From: Camelus ferus
Taxonomy: Eukaryota
DNA: 64,000 nt
Assembly (NCBI RefSeq): GCF_009834535.1
Contig: NC_045697.1
Coordinates: 99,760,001-99,824,000 of the forward strand
Direction of reading: 5' to 3'
The position numbers were made by a program, and so were the translations under genes. The notes below the pieces were generated by a model, which worked only from the letters and a program-made list of their open reading frames with translations, searched no databases and was not told where the DNA came from. This document shows, piece by piece, positions 1-14,000 of this stretch. Numbering within the stretch: the stretch's first letter is position 1; the number at the start of each line of letters is the position of its first letter.

Positions 1-265
1 AAGAAGAGATCCAGGTGGCAGGGAATTGAAATTTCTTGACAACAGCCACAAAAGCCAGTGGGAAGCGGATCCTCCAGCCACCCAAGTCAAACCTTCCGAG
101 GCACGCAGCTCTTACGGCAGCGTGACTGTAACCTCAGGAGAGCCTGAGCTAGAACAAGTGAGCTAGCCACTCCCAGATTCCTGCCTCTCAGGAACTGAGT
201 TCTTATTTGTTGTCTTCAGCTGCTAAGTTTTTGGTAATTTGTTACACCGCATTAGGTAACTAATA
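1..265 (+). mobile_element. MaLR LTR (MLT1-type) 3' part
   Basis: Typical MLT1 3' end: cccagattcctg...tgttgtcttcagctgctaagtttttggtaatttgttacaccgcattaggtaactaata. Confidence 0.75.
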
Positions 266-1014
266 GGGGTGGGTTAAATATGTAAAGACAGATAACCTAC
301 TTAGCAAAACCATAATTAAGAGTTACCCAATCAGCAGGTTAAAATAAAAAGGTTCTTAGGAATACAGGTAACAAGGTCTTTATGGAGAAATTACAAAACA
401 TATTTGAAGGACAAAGAATACCTCAGTAAATGGAGATATACAAAGGTAATTCCAATCATCTGAACTTAAACTATGGGAACTCAGGAACTGAATACATTTA
501 TTTTAAGGAAAATATTCATAATCCTGTAGAATGGAAAGCACACAAGTACTGAGCTAGTGAAAAATGTATGAGTAAGCAAGCTGGTATGAGTGACTCCTAC
601 AGAGTTTTAAAAGATGCTGAGAGGATATTGCTATTGTAATCCAGCTAATCAATAACTGAAAAGACTGCAACTGTGTTTAAGTATGCACATACAGACATGA
701 TAAAGATCAAACTAGGAATTAAAGTACTGGCGTTGTAGATTCATGGAATTTTTCCCCCACAACACTGAAAACATACAAAATAAAAATACTTTACTGAAGG
801 CAACAAAACTAAAATACTGATTTAAAAGAAAATTAAGACAATTAAAAAGCAGGGAAGTACAAAATCCATTTTAGAGAAGTATTACACCCCAAATAGTCAA
901 AATAAGTAGTTTTGATGTTTGAAAGAATAAGTTCCATGGTTGTAAATTTTACTTATATGTTACATTTCATTACTTAATGCAGAATAATGTTTTGCTACTA
1001 AATTTTCTGCTTAC

Positions 1015-1204
1015 CAATCTTCTGGTTTGACAGCAGAAGGATCAGGGATTTTCACTCTTTCATCCCAGTCATCAGGTTTCTTATCACTGGGATCTTCAAT
1101 TTCTTTGGGAGGATTGATAGGAGGAACCACATCCTCTAACAGGCTTCCTTTGTTTACAACTGTCTGATCAATTAATACTTCAAATGTGTCATCTGGATTT
1201 ATCA
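1015..1204 (-). CDS. CLGN: CLGN coding exon 8 (190 nt): [64 protein letters not shown]
   Basis: Acceptor ggtctttag|, donor |GTAAGC; calnexin/calreticulin P-domain repeats IxDPxxxKPxDW; phase 1 to 2. Confidence 0.97.
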
Positions 1205-4193
1205 CTAAAGACCAATTTAAACATATTACCCTTATCATATTGATAGGCATTTTAAAGATAATCTTCTAAATAATCAAACTACCTTAAACTTCATGGGTAA
1301 AATTTTCTTGTAACCAGAATAGAGAAATTATCAATGTATTAAGTCAAAATGTGCTGAAATCACTAGATATAATGCTTTCTAAAATCAAATGTGAAGTTTT
1401 AAGTAATAATAATAATAATTTAATAAAATGCTTCATTACTTCTCAAATAAAAAATACTCAATACCTCAGTTTAGGACTCACATGACCAGTCAGCTTAACT
1501 CTTTTATGGTTACTGAATACAACCCAATCTTTTTCAATATTTTAAAATAATTTTTTGGAAACAATCTCAAACTTTCTAAGTTGCAAGTATACTATAAAGA
1601 ACTATTCTTTCTTGAATTTCTTGACAGTAAATTACTAACCTCATCCATATTATCCCTGAATGTTTTAATGTACATATAATTCCTATAAACAAGGACATTC
1701 TCCTTCATAACCCCAATCTAGGCACCAAAATCAGGAATTTAACATATACTTATTACTTCCTTAATATTCTTATTACTTCCTAGAAATCTATAAAGCTCAC
1801 TGGCATTTCAAATTCAATGATTCATACACTGTAGTGTCAAATATCTTAAGGATGATTGAAAATATTCAAGCTCAGACTTTAGTATGTTTGCTTTGAGGTA
1901 AATTCTAGCTCTAAAAGTCCCTAAGCCAGAAGTTTTATAAAACACTCCCTTATCATTGTAATGACAAAATAAAAGTTCTCTCTCCCTTCTGTAAACATGG
2001 GGTGGGGAGTCAGTATAATTTCTACCTTTGGAAAGAACAATAGATGAAACAGCTGCCTATCATGTGCTTTCAGTAAGTTAAGGAAGTAGGAGTTGTCAAT
2101 AAATGTCAGACTCATTCTGACTTAACTAGGTAAGTGGCTACCACTTTCTTAAAAAAAATAGTTCTGAAGAATAACAATCTCCAGAGGTTGCAGTCACAAT
2201 AATTTTAAATACCAAATTATTTATATCAAAATTAAATACTGCCAGTTATATACAAAATCAAATAATGTAAATGAACACTTGGTATTTTCTCCCTTTTATT
2301 TTTTCTCCACTATTTTCTCTTCTATTACAGCTGACATTATAAAACTATATTACTATACAAAGGAAAAAAGTTAAGACTAAAGTAGAACTAACAGTAAGAT
2401 CTTAAATGCAAAAAAGTACTAGATCCTTCCTAATTAAAAAAAAAAAGGTATTTCTCAAGAGAAATCCTGAAAAGAATATTTTCTGAATAAATTTTGCAAA
2501 TGAAATTTTTTAAAGTTACAATAAAACAAATAAAGCACACAACAATTATGCACATGTGAAAAGGCATCCTTGTCCAAAATCTTCAGCCAAAAAAAAATTT
2601 CCATTTAGAAAACTATTAAATATTTTAAATGAATCTACAATTAAAGGCATTGGATTACAAAGTCTTCTAAGATACCCTGTAAGGTTCTTAGAACAACTAC
2701 AGAATAATATTATAAAAATATAATACTATTGCAGAAAGTTTTTTTAAAAAGAAAAAAGTCATTCAATAATCCTAATACAGTAAAGTTTTTGTGTACAGTA
2801 AGAAAGCAAATGTTTAGAAGTCAGACTTGAACTTCAATTCCAGTCCTACCAATTATGTTTGTTTCTTAGAGCAAGTTACTTAACCTTAAGGCAAAATAGA
2901 AACTGCTCACCTCATATAATGGTTCTAAGTAAAGTGCATAGAGCACAGTACCTATCAGGTGACTGATAAAAATTAGTTTTTTTCTAGTCTTTTTCTATTT
3001 GCTTGCATAACTTGTCTAGTGGTCATCATTATGTGCCTCCAATTTGAATTTTATTTTGTTTCTCCATCTTAATATTATAAGCATTTCTTTCCTGTTGCTA
3101 AACATTTTCATAGCTATCATTTTGTATTGTATAGAAAACCCCTATTGTAATGCTTGGGTTGCTTCCAATGTATAGTATATTTTTATACACAGGTAATTTT
3201 CTTTCTTCTGGATTATTCTCTTTGGATAAATTCCTGAAAGTGGAACTGTGGTATCAAAGGACATAAACTTCTTATAGCTTTTGATATACATTACCAAATT
3301 GCTTTTGAACAGGCCTGAACAAAGTCTAATTAAAATTCATTTGTTCTGTTCTAATTATTATTATCTCTATATTTCTACAGTTTATAATGTTCCCCAAAAT
3401 GTCCGGTACTATTTTGCTATTTCAGAAAAAGGTCTTTGATATCAATGATGACATTAAAATTGGTCCCTGCCTTGGCAGACAAAATAAATGTTTCTGTGAC
3501 TGCAGTCTTTGGAAAGAAAATTGAAATATCTTTGTCTTGGATGGATTTGTCCTGTTAGGTTCTGACATGCTGTGATTTTAAGTAATCATGAGCAGACCAA
3601 AGCTCTATAACCATATGTTCTTGGGAAAAGGAGAAACAATCCCATATAATGTTTCTCCCCATCAACATCTACGCAAACTCCTAGTTATGTAAGCAAAGCT
3701 AAGTATGTTAATAGACGGTTGCTCAATGCTTTCCCTGTCAAAGTTTAGAAATGTGCCACAACCAAGGGAGGAGCCAAAAATGACCACAACTGCCTGTAAA
3801 CAAAGTCTAACATTAGGGGCTTCTTTCCTCTTTAACCTTATTCTCCAGTATTCTATTCTTTCAGCACCACTAATGTCAGGGTGTCTAAAATATCCCTTTC
3901 CCTTCCTGTCTTTCACATTGTATCTACACTTCAAGACTAGGCCAAATATAGTCTCCTTCACTAGGTTTTCTCCAAGTTTCCAAACTGGAAGTAATATTGC
4001 TTTTGAGCTCTTAGCTATACCTCATCTCACACTGCATTTTACTTTCTACCTGAGCTATAAGTATGTGTGTCTCATCTTCTTAAAAAGATAAGCTCCATAA
4101 CAAAAGGATCCATGTTTGTTTCTCCCAAAGCACTTGCCATGAAAACACTGGTAGTCAGCAAATATTCTGAATTAATTAATTAAAAGGGTATAC

Positions 4194-4386
4194 CAAGGGT
4201 ATAAAGATGAGTCTTCCTGTCTGTAAAGAACTTCTTAAGGTCTACATCTGGAGGTTTGGCATGCTTCTCTTCAAAAACTCCAGTTTTGGGATGTTTATGT
4301 CTGAAGATAAAATGAAGTTTATAATCTTCTCCACATTTATCTGGTCCAAACATAATGGTATAGGATGTTTTATCATAGAAGTTTTC
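4194..4386 (-). CDS. CLGN: CLGN coding exon 7 (193 nt): [64 protein letters not shown]
   Basis: Acceptor ctctctttgaag|, donor |GTATAC; calreticulin-family IMFGPDKCG signature; phase 0 to 1. Confidence 0.97.
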
Positions 4387-4904
4387 CTTCAAAGAGAGAT
4401 GAGTGTTGGGATTAGTCCAGAATTAGAATATTTAGTGAATTTCCCTATTCTATCTTATTGGGTAGAGTGTATAAAAATGTATTAAATGCTAATTTACTAA
4501 AAAATTAGTTGACACAGTTGACAGTAAAGGATGTGGAAACCTGACAAATTTTTCTACTTGTCAAATATGACAAACTATTTCAAAATAGATTTTTTTAAAA
4601 ACAGACACACTACTCCCATCCTGAAGACGTAGGAGAGAAGCTGGAACCACCCTAGCAACATCATAGTAAGCTTTAATTACTTTACTTAGATCTACATTAT
4701 TAATATTTTATTAAGAAAATTAAGGACAGAGAAAAGCATACTCTAACCTTAAGACTACAATGCTTACTTATCCATTACTATTAATCAGTAAGACACCAGA
4801 AAATGGCACTCCTTAGCACAGAGTGAAGAAGAGATTCAGACTCAAAAACAGATACAGAGACATGCTCCCTGTTTTACTACTAATTTCTCTTCATTTGGCA
4901 TGGC

Positions 4905-5120
4905 CTATTGGTTAAGAGCAGGAGATCTGAAGTCAGATATTTGGTAGTCAAATCCTACCATTGCCTTTAAATCAGCTGTATGCGGCTCTGAGAAAAATTT
5001 CTTAACTTCCCTGTAGCTCTGTTTTATCACCTCTGGTGGAGATAATAATAGTATGTACCTTATAAGGTTTCTGTGAGGATTAACTGAGTTAATCAGATAA
5101 AGTGCTCAGAAAAAGACTTG
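4905..5120 (+). mobile_element. MIR SINE
   Basis: MIR core-like ggttaagagca...cttaacttccctg...gataataatagta...gtgaggattaa. Confidence 0.7.
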
Positions 5121-5844
5121 GCATTTGACCTTACCATTGTCATTGTAGCTTCAGTGATCATCACCTTACAATACCTAGAGCTTCACCATATACTACAAAT
5201 GGCCTCCCCTTTACCGGATCCTAATAATAATACATGAATCCTTTAATCTGCTTCATAGCCACGTGTTCTGACAAATATCTCATTAATGTCTTGTCTCATT
5301 TATCTTACTTTTGTTATACGCGGAAACCCTGACACAGCCTCCTGTAGGAAGATGCTATAAGAAATGTCTCCAAACTTCAAATGGTCCTAATATAACCTGC
5401 TTCACTATGAAAACATTTTTAACTTAGTTAATTTTTGCAGACTGCCAACTCCTGAACTTTTTTATTTGGTTCTTTGGTCATTTTGTTTTTACTGCTTTGC
5501 TCCATTATCTTACTCCTCTGAACAAACTTATGACATTATTTTGTAAAGAAAATAACTGTAAGCTGATCTTTCAGTGACATTTGTAAGCACCATGTTATTT
5601 TTTATTTAGACATGGCAAACTTTTTTTTTATGTCGCCAAAGATTACAAAACTGATGGCTATCAAGTAACAGCTGTGTACGAAACTTGAAAGCACACTGTA
5701 AAAGCTATATAAACTCATGTTGAATTAAAATTTTCAAAGTTATTTTTTACTTCATTTGAAAATGAAAATTTCAGTTGTGTCAATTACTCCTTAAAAATAC
5801 TTATTAACTTTAACAATGTTTTCTTAAACATTAAAATATCATAC

Positions 5845-5926
5845 CAGATTCAAACCATCAGTGTCTGCTAGGAGTTTAATGTATGCACCTCCACAATCAA
5901 TACCATCTTGAAAATTTACTTCATAT
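5845..5926 (-). CDS. CLGN: CLGN coding exon 6 (82 nt): [27 protein letters not shown]
   Basis: Acceptor ttcatttag|, donor |[15 protein letters not shown] family signature; phase 2 to 0. Confidence 0.96.
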
Positions 5927-7007
5927 CTAAATGAAGGGAAAAAGAATCATACTGCTGATAAATAAAAAATACTAATTGTTCTTCAAAATCTAATGTATTA
6001 CTTTTAATTCATTTAAACATAAACACTTTACATTACCAGAAAGCTCATACAAAGAATATCCACAACCTATAGGGAATAAGCAAGAAATGCCTTTTCTATG
6101 CACATCCTTGACATATTAAAAATAGAATGATTATAATCAGCTATAGAAAAGCCAACCAATTTGTGAAAATAATTTTTTTTATCAAAACTGCTGAATTAAG
6201 AATAGCTACTCTGACTAAACTGTTAACAAGAAACTTCAAATTGAAATAAGGTATGCACTATACATATTCTTTATAAACTACAAAACAAAGAGTATGGGGA
6301 TCATAGCTACAATATAGATTTCTAAGAAATTGCTAATGATCTTAGATATCCAGTTCACTATTAATTTGTCTTTTAGTTCAGCTATACCTAAACCATGTTA
6401 AGTAAGTTGTACATTAAATACCACCAGCAAAGAGATTTCATAATCTTAGTCAATAATATGAAACATTTCAGATCTTAAAAGCCAGGAGACAGGTGAAATA
6501 CAGTGTAACAGTTAAAAGAGTGTACTGACATGGCAGTCTTTTCATGGATTTACAACACTAACTCTCAGTAAAAGTTCTGTTATTGTTGTCTTGTTTAGGC
6601 AATGAGATAGACTTAGTGAACAATATTTAGAAGAGATTTTCAGTAAATTGGTGAATTAAGTATGACAAAAATCAACGAGGAAATGGCCATCAAAGTGAAA
6701 ACCAAAAAGGTTATGATTTGGTTTAAAAAATTAAAACAAAAAGAGATGAAAACCAGAGAAGCAACAGAAATATTGATAATTTTAATAAAGGACTGTAGTT
6801 TTAAAGTGTTTCTGAAGAAACTTTCATGACAAAGTTAAAAAAAAAAAAAAACTTTGACAATTTGAGCCCAACTAGTATATGTATTTTGCATAGAAAAGAA
6901 TAGAGAAAATATAGTAAAATTCTAAGTGAACATCTCTGAGTTGCTGGAGATTATGGTGATTTCCCCTTCCTACTTCCTACCCTGCTTTATATCTCAAGGT
7001 GTCTACA

Positions 7008-7240
7008 ATAGTGGTTAAAAACATGTGCTTTGGAGTCAGAAAGACCTGAGATTTATTTTTGATTCTGCCACTGACTCTGGTGACACCTTGGCTAAAGGCA
7101 CTTTATTAAAGCTTTAATCTATCTGCTTGTCTATAATGTAGGGAGGACACTGCCCACAGCTACACCTCAAAGGACTATTATGATGATTAGAGACTGTCAT
7201 GCAGAATGATGGGCAAATAAATGCTCAAAAATATTAGCTT
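7008..7240 (+). mobile_element. MIR SINE (degenerate)
   Basis: gtggttaaaaaca...gctttggagtcagaaagacctg...ctgccact...accttgg. Confidence 0.6.
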
Positions 7241-8675
7241 CTGTTATAATCAGAAGAAAAGTTTTCTTTTGTTCTTTCTCATTCTCTAAATAAAAAATTT
7301 TATTTTCTTCAAAGCCTTATCAATACCTTAAGCAGTAGATGGTAAGAAACTTTTTTTTCATGAAACATGTCTTTGAAGACTATAAAGTAAAAGAAATGGT
7401 GCACAATCTGAATTAAAAGTAAATGTTCGCTATTCTAAGTAAAATAAAATAAAAAGAGATACAACTTTATTATAGGTGATCTAAGACAAAGGGTTCTATG
7501 AAAAGATAAGAACTAGAAAGAACCACTGTGTAAATGGTTTCTTTACATGTAAACATAGCTCTGCTGTCCTATGATGACTAGATTCAATCACTATGTCTAT
7601 TTCATACACTGCAAACTTCAAAAGTTTTCAAATCATTATCTTGTGCCTAGTATAAATAGTCACAGTGGATTCAAGGATCAATGAAATGTATGTCATAGAG
7701 CTGGACAGCTGCTAATCTTAAATCACAGGAAAAATAAGGACGAATGCAAGAGTATATGTTAACCCTATTTTCTTTAGACTATCATTTCCTAAATTGTCCC
7801 ATGAAATAGTAATTATTGTTGTATATATTTGAACTTCTGTGGTCAAATATGTTTGAGAAACACAATATTCAAGTTAAAAACAGGTTTTTATACATAGAAC
7901 TTCTCAGTCTTTAATGGACAAATATGCTTCCTTATCTCTAAGGTATAGATACTCTTAATTTCTAAAACTTATATGACCACATAATGCATATTAATATGTA
8001 CATAATTTGGGAAAAGCAGCTTTAGAGTAAAATTATAGTATTTATAGTAGTTAATACAAAATTTCTTCATTTATCCCATTTCATTTTTTAAATTCATTTT
8101 ATTTATCGATATTAAGAAATACAAATATTCACTATCCTATGAATTGTTTTTCAAGCATATCAAAGACTGCTATTCAATTCTTCTTGATTCTCCTTTTCTT
8201 TTTTCAGGATAATAATTTCATAATTGCTTTAATAATTTTTTAGACTTGTTATCCAATCTTTGCTTCTAATCTTGCAAGCTATCTTTCGCTTACTTGTCTA
8301 GCAGTGATTTCTACTTTCTGAAAATACCAAATTTGATTCATTTTACCCTGGATAAATTAAACTCAATTTATTTTCCTTTACCTTTTCATTCAAGTCACAA
8401 AAAATTAAAATAGAAAATATTATATTCACCCAAGTTCAACAAGTAAGATTACTTTCAAATTTTCAAGAAAAAAGAAACCAAACTCTGAATAATGATAAAT
8501 AATACAGAGCTCAAATATTAATCCCTGTAAGTACTTACAGTATTTTTAATTTGTTTAAATGGGTGTATACTCTGATATTATTTGATATTTTAAATTTATT
8601 GAAATAACAAGGCAACTGAGACAAAGAAAGCATTACAACTGAAAAATTAAGCTGATTATACCAAATGCCATATTG

Positions 8676-8851
8676 GCTTTTTTTCTTTACATTTTCTAGG
8701 TAACTTTATTTATTTATTTATTTAAGCTTTTTGTGTGTGTGTATGTGGGGTAATTAGGTTTATTTATTTATTTTTGGAGGTGGTACTGGGATTGAACCTG
8801 GCATCTTGCATGCTAAGCATGCACTCCACCACTTGAATTATACCCTGCCCT
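8676..8851 (-). mobile_element. tRNA-derived SINE, camelid Vic-1 type, with TSD
   Basis: Minus strand reads gggtataattcaagtggtggagtgcatgcttagcatgc...ggttcaatccccagtacc (A/B-box-like), then a (TAAA)n tail; direct repeat CCAAATGCCATAT at 8661-8673 and 8852-8864. Confidence 0.88.
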
Positions 8852-9674
8852 CCAAATGCCATATCGTTTTAAATTTCTAAAATACAAAATGCCATTTTAG
8901 TTAAACCAGGTAGGAACATATTTAACATGTTAACAAAAAACTGAAGGGGTTCTGAAGTGATAAGTTTACAGTTAATGGTATTTCTTTACACTGTAATTAA
9001 CTTTGGACAATCTTTTGATATAAGGTAGAAAGTAACATTTCTACATTTCCTTTTCTTTGTTTTGAGTTTCACTGGTCTTGTAATTGTGTTCATATAGATC
9101 TACTATGGTTTTATATCATTATAGGTGAAATAAGCTTGAGGAATTTATACTTGATTTTATGACAGTTACACATGCAAACAACATCACAATAAAACTAGTT
9201 TATGTCACATTGCATGGGAGGGGAGAACTGTCTTGTGAGAACGTGTGCCCTTTAAAAGCGCATTTCCTTTTAAAAATAAATTTGCTCCCTTTGAATCTTA
9301 TCACTGGTTTAACAGCAATATTTATGGTTACATTCTGAATATAATGATGTTTATATATCTTAACAGCAAGTAATTTTAAGAAAAGAGTTAAAATTAAAAT
9401 GGTGATTTTAGTATGCATTACACAGTTTACTGCAGTGGAATGTTACATATTATAGCATATATTATATAATTTTTCAACTAACCTTCTTTTCACTCACTCA
9501 AAACCTGAGGCTGTTTGTGTATATACACACATTGTGTATTTAAGTAAATAATACGGAAAAGTAAATTCTGGAATTTTTGCCCATTTTATACCCATTATAC
9601 CTATATTCAGAAACCAAATTACATAAAATATAAATGTCAGAAAAAATATTAAAAACATAATATTAAAAACTTAC

Positions 9675-9816
9675 TGAACTACTAGAGGCTTATCAGCAAA
9701 GACAAAGGGTTTTGCTAATACAGCAGATATTGCATGATGCTTTGCTCTAGATTTCAAAACCAGTCCTCGGTCACCAGGTACTCGGTTTTCTTTCAATTCT
9801 TCTATTTCCCATCTTC
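9675..9816 (-). CDS. CLGN: CLGN coding exon 5 (142 nt): [47 protein letters not shown]
   Basis: Acceptor atattttag|, donor |GTAAGT; calnexin-like [17 protein letters not shown]; phase 1 to 2. Confidence 0.96.
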
Positions 9817-10492
9817 CTAAAATATAAAACAAAGCAAATTAAATAAAATAAAAAATACTGACTTAAAAGATTTATCAGCAGGGGTGACCAATAAGATTTT
9901 TCCATGAAGGCTGATTTGGGAAAAATAAAACCAGATTTTAAATCAGGAAATAACATCTGCACCTGTATGTATGTCTGCTCTTTTTTTTTTTTCTCTTATC
10001 AGAGAATGGTTTCATTTTCTTAGCTAAAATTGTGGAAACTAATAAATAACAGACACTACAATATTTGATTAAGGCACTTAGCTGGCTTAGTTAAGATTTC
10101 TCTAAAAGATTTATAAATCAGTGAAATTACAAAATGTGATTTTTTTCATAGAATCTATCAACATTGTATTTTTTAAATGAGATACTTTAAAATTACATAT
10201 GAGACAAAGTACATCCTTAATACAAAATGAGCAGTTTGCCTCAGTCTATTTATTTTTAAGGTATTCATCAGCTACTTTTCTTACTTTGCAAAAGTTATCA
10301 TAGGGATTTAAATTTTATTTTGAAAACTGTATGCCCAAAGAACACCCTACCCAGGCTAAGCCAACCAGTTCTCAAAACTTCTGGCCAAGAAAGTAGCACA
10401 CAGCGCTGGGATAAGCACTAGGTTGTAGCACAGCAAAGCTGAGGTAGGCCCTCTCTGGGCTGCAATTTCCCGTGTTTAAGATCAGGAAGCTC

Positions 10493-10622
10493 TGATGAAA
10501 AAGAATGCGACAATGAATATTTGCATGTTCATGCATAACTGAAAAATTGTGCTCTACACTGGAAATTGACACAACATTGTAAACTGACTATAACTCAATA
10601 AAATAAAATTAAAAAAAAAAAA
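10493..10622 (+). mobile_element. Young 5'-truncated L1 3' end with poly(A) and 15-bp TSD
   Basis: Perfect TSD AAGATCAGGAAGCTC at 10478-10492 and 10623-10637; body nearly identical to 36070-36170. Confidence 0.9.
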
Positions 10623-12259
10623 AAGATCAGGAAGCTCCTGAAATTAGATCACAAGCTGCATACAGTGCAAAGCTAGGTGGAGGTTACCTGCAGCCCAAAA
10701 GCTGTAGGTTTGACTCTCCTCCTTTACTCTAAAAGAGTAAGAGTTTTAAACAAACAGAAAGTAGTTAATTTACTTTAATTTGTATAAAATGTTCTAGTTT
10801 TGAAAATTAGAGGTACTGCCTATTCCAAGAAAACTCAATTTTGGGAAAATTAGCTATTTTCCTGGAATTGTGCCAACATGAAATATCAATGGGCACTTTT
10901 GAATTACTAATGTATTTTATATATATTTTTTCTTCCTAAAAAACAACAGTGCAAGAACCTGAACAGACTTATGAATCAGAGAGGGGTGTTTTTTGGTCTA
11001 TCATTGTGCCTAATTTATTGGTCTTTTAAAAAATCACTTTTTAAAGTTTTCAGGTTTCTTTTCCTTTTTGTCCTCTAACTTGGTTATACCACTACTTTTC
11101 TTAAAAAGATGAACTCATTTGGTTTTTCTTCTCTCACATGAATGATAAATTGTATTATCACTACTAACCTGTGGTTTGACCAAATCAAAAAGGTCTTCTT
11201 TTAAGAAGTAACAACTTTAGGGTTTTCAGGATATTGATAGTAAAGGACTTTTAAAACTATGTTGCCTTTTTTGCAATTGTGCATACATTTATTAGCTATG
11301 AAAAGGTACTATCTAAAGGCACTACTTTAATTTTAGAAAACCTCTGACAAGGTGATTATACCTCAATGACAAGTTTTCCCAATCTCAAATCAACAATAAC
11401 TATTCATTAACTATTTACTCAAATTCTACACAATGCCAGGTTATATAAACTCTAATGTAAGTGAAATTTCAAAAAGAATTCACACAATTTTATAAGATAT
11501 CTGAGAGTTAGTCACTTAAAGAAGTGGTGATTTATTAAACCTCTATATTTTTATTAATAATTTAATCTCAAAATTTTACATAAGTCTCCTCCAAATGCAA
11601 ACTTCTTCCCCAGCACACAATGTTTTACACAGATTTGCTTGTTCCTGAAAACCTAGGAATTAGTTTTACTCAAGTGGCTCTTGACAGAGGCTGTGATTAA
11701 AGACTACAAATATTAAATATTCATGCAAATAAACTGATATTGGTCTCAAGTAACCACTATGTAAACAACACTCCTAAAACTGATACACAAAATGCCATTT
11801 TCAGGACCTGAAACTTTGAGGGATTTCATATTTTTCAAAGTTGCTTTCAAGAAATTAAAAACAGTCAACCAACCACACCAAATTTATTATGCTAAAAATT
11901 ATTTTTGTGGCTATTTGGGTAGTAAGACTACAGAAAAAACTTAGATGTTACAAAGTTTGTTTTTTGCTTGCTAGTTTGATTTCTAATTTCAAGCTGGGGA
12001 AAACTCATTTAAACACCAAGACTCATATTTGTCTGGAAGGAAACAGAGACTTAAACTCACTCATAAAATAGACTGTATCTTAATTTTAGGAAAATTCCAT
12101 CAATGGATCCTTCTAACAAATGGAAAGCAAATATCTACCCAATGTTGTTTCAGACAACTGAAAAGTAACATAAATACAGATGTTTTAAGTCTAGCATTCT
12201 GTTTGATGGTGTACATTTCTGTGGGTATCACTTTAGGTAGCGTTGTATCTCTGTATACT

Positions 12260-13049
12260 TGTTGCTTCTTCAAGGGAAGTTTTTCTTTTCTCTAAATGGA
12301 TTTAGACTGAACACAGTATTGCTGTTCTGTGCATATGGTAGAGTTCTGTTTGAGTATACAGGCTTATACAGGCTCAGAGGATTTGTTGGGATGGAGAACA
12401 CTACAAAGGAAGACATGCAGGAATGATCTTTGTCTCACACTAGAACACTATGAAAAGGAAGTAGACGGCTGGCATCCTACACATGCTGTTATTTGTTTTA
12501 TTGTCTGTCTCATGTAATGCCTAGTGGGGTCAAAGTGTGAGGTCATATCCTCATGGGTCTGAGGTCCTCTGAGAGAGAGGAAATTCCCCCTATCTGTTAC
12601 CTTGACTGAGGCTGATCTTGCTTTAGGATTTAACAACTGAGAAGGCTGGTTTTAGACTAGGAGGAGGAAGAAATTCTTTGGTCATACTCCAAGAGAGTCC
12701 TGTTAGGGAAGAAAATATGACCCCTGCACACAGGACTTTTCTTTCTATGGTTAATCCTATTAAAGACCCAGTGATAATGGATGCAGGCCAGGAGATGCAT
12801 GCTCCAGGAGTAGCCACATTTCTTGCAGCTCTCGTAAATTTCCTGTTTGCATTCTCTAGGAGAATCTTGCTATAAAAGTTTTAACTTGGTCTAGGTAGGC
12901 CCATGTTTGATATGAAACAGTAGAGAATAGCTATGGCCTGGGAAATCCTGCTTCAGGAAATGTAAAAGCCTAACTGCAAAGGAATGAAAATTCAACTGTT
13001 CAGAGTTAGAACACTAGTTGGTGGCTTAAGTATGGATTACCCAGGGACA
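12260..13049. mobile_element. Possible ancient solo LTR
   Basis: Block of higher GC than its flanks, bounded by TGT...ACA; no TSD seen; family not recognised. Confidence 0.35.
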
Positions 13050-13209
13050 TCTAGAAATATTGGAAAGGAGACAAGAAAAAATATTGTGAAGCAGGACGGC
13101 AGGACTCAGGCCCCATATATACATATTTAATAAAAATATAATCTATTTTTAAAAAGCTAGTGAACTCTGGGTCATACTGGTTATATTGATATTTATATAA
13201 ATATCTTAC

Positions 13210-13268
13210 CATCATATATAGAAATCTCTGCATCTGTATCATCTTTTTTTGCTTTTGATAAGACCCAC
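13210..13268 (-). CDS. CLGN: CLGN coding exon 4 (59 nt): [19 protein letters not shown]
   Basis: Acceptor tttatttatag|, donor |GTAAGA; calnexin-like [10 protein letters not shown]; phase 2 to 1. Confidence 0.95.
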
Positions 13269-13926
13269 CTATAAATAAAATTGAAAAAAAGTATATCATT
13301 AACATAAAACTAACAATTTACAGATACAAGGCATATCAGAAACACAACAAAATATTATCTAACACTCATTTTTCATTCTAAGATAAATGAATACTTAGAG
13401 GCTAAATAAGGATGTCTATACATAATCCTGCAAGGCTAGAGTTAAATTAAATTTGGAATCTGCAATTTATTAGCTGTATGATCATTGATAAGGTACAATA
13501 AGCCTCAGTTTCCTCACTGGTAAAAGGCAGATAAAGATAGTACTCACCTACCTACTTAGGACAGTGTTTGGCACATAATAATAAATAATAACTTTTGTTG
13601 TTTTTTAACCATTATTTAGGATTGAACATTAACTTGAATTTGTCATTTGAAATTAGATTATTAATATCTGTACTAAGAAATGAAGAAATAAGTTTTCACT
13701 TTGCATTCATAATTCATTTGTATATTTTCTTTGTATAAATGAGTAACAATTCAAATTAAACATTTCTATCAATAACAAAAATGTGTTAAGGTACTGGTTT
13801 ATACCGTCGAATAAAGCAATTTAACATTTTTTTATAGTTCTGCAGTAGAAGCAATTTTCATAGGCTAACAACCAATAATTTCGAAAAAGCTAATCAAGGA
13901 AAAAATTCTCTTGAATGAATACTCAC

Positions 13927-14000
13927 CCAGCCAACCTTCCACTATCAAAAGTTTCTGTAAAATATACGTTTCCTATAGGTTGAGGTGTCTTATATTTAAT
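13927..14000 (-). CDS. CLGN: CLGN coding exon 3 (74 nt): IKYKTPQPIGNVYFTETFDSGRLAG
   Basis: Acceptor tgttttctag|, donor |GTGAGT; phase 0 to 2. Confidence 0.95.

Noticed and set aside
1749..1781. Short spaced direct repeats (also at 18062-18102, 24711-24740, 28406-28435)
   Set aside because: Two-copy 12-15 bp micro-duplications common in AT-rich mammalian DNA; not CRISPR or a regular array
3662..4091. Overlapping 99- and 128-aa intronic ORFs
   Set aside because: No recognisable protein features; chance ORFs in CLGN intron 7
8770..8850. tRNA-like A/B boxes
   Set aside because: Head of a SINE with tail and TSD, not a tRNA gene
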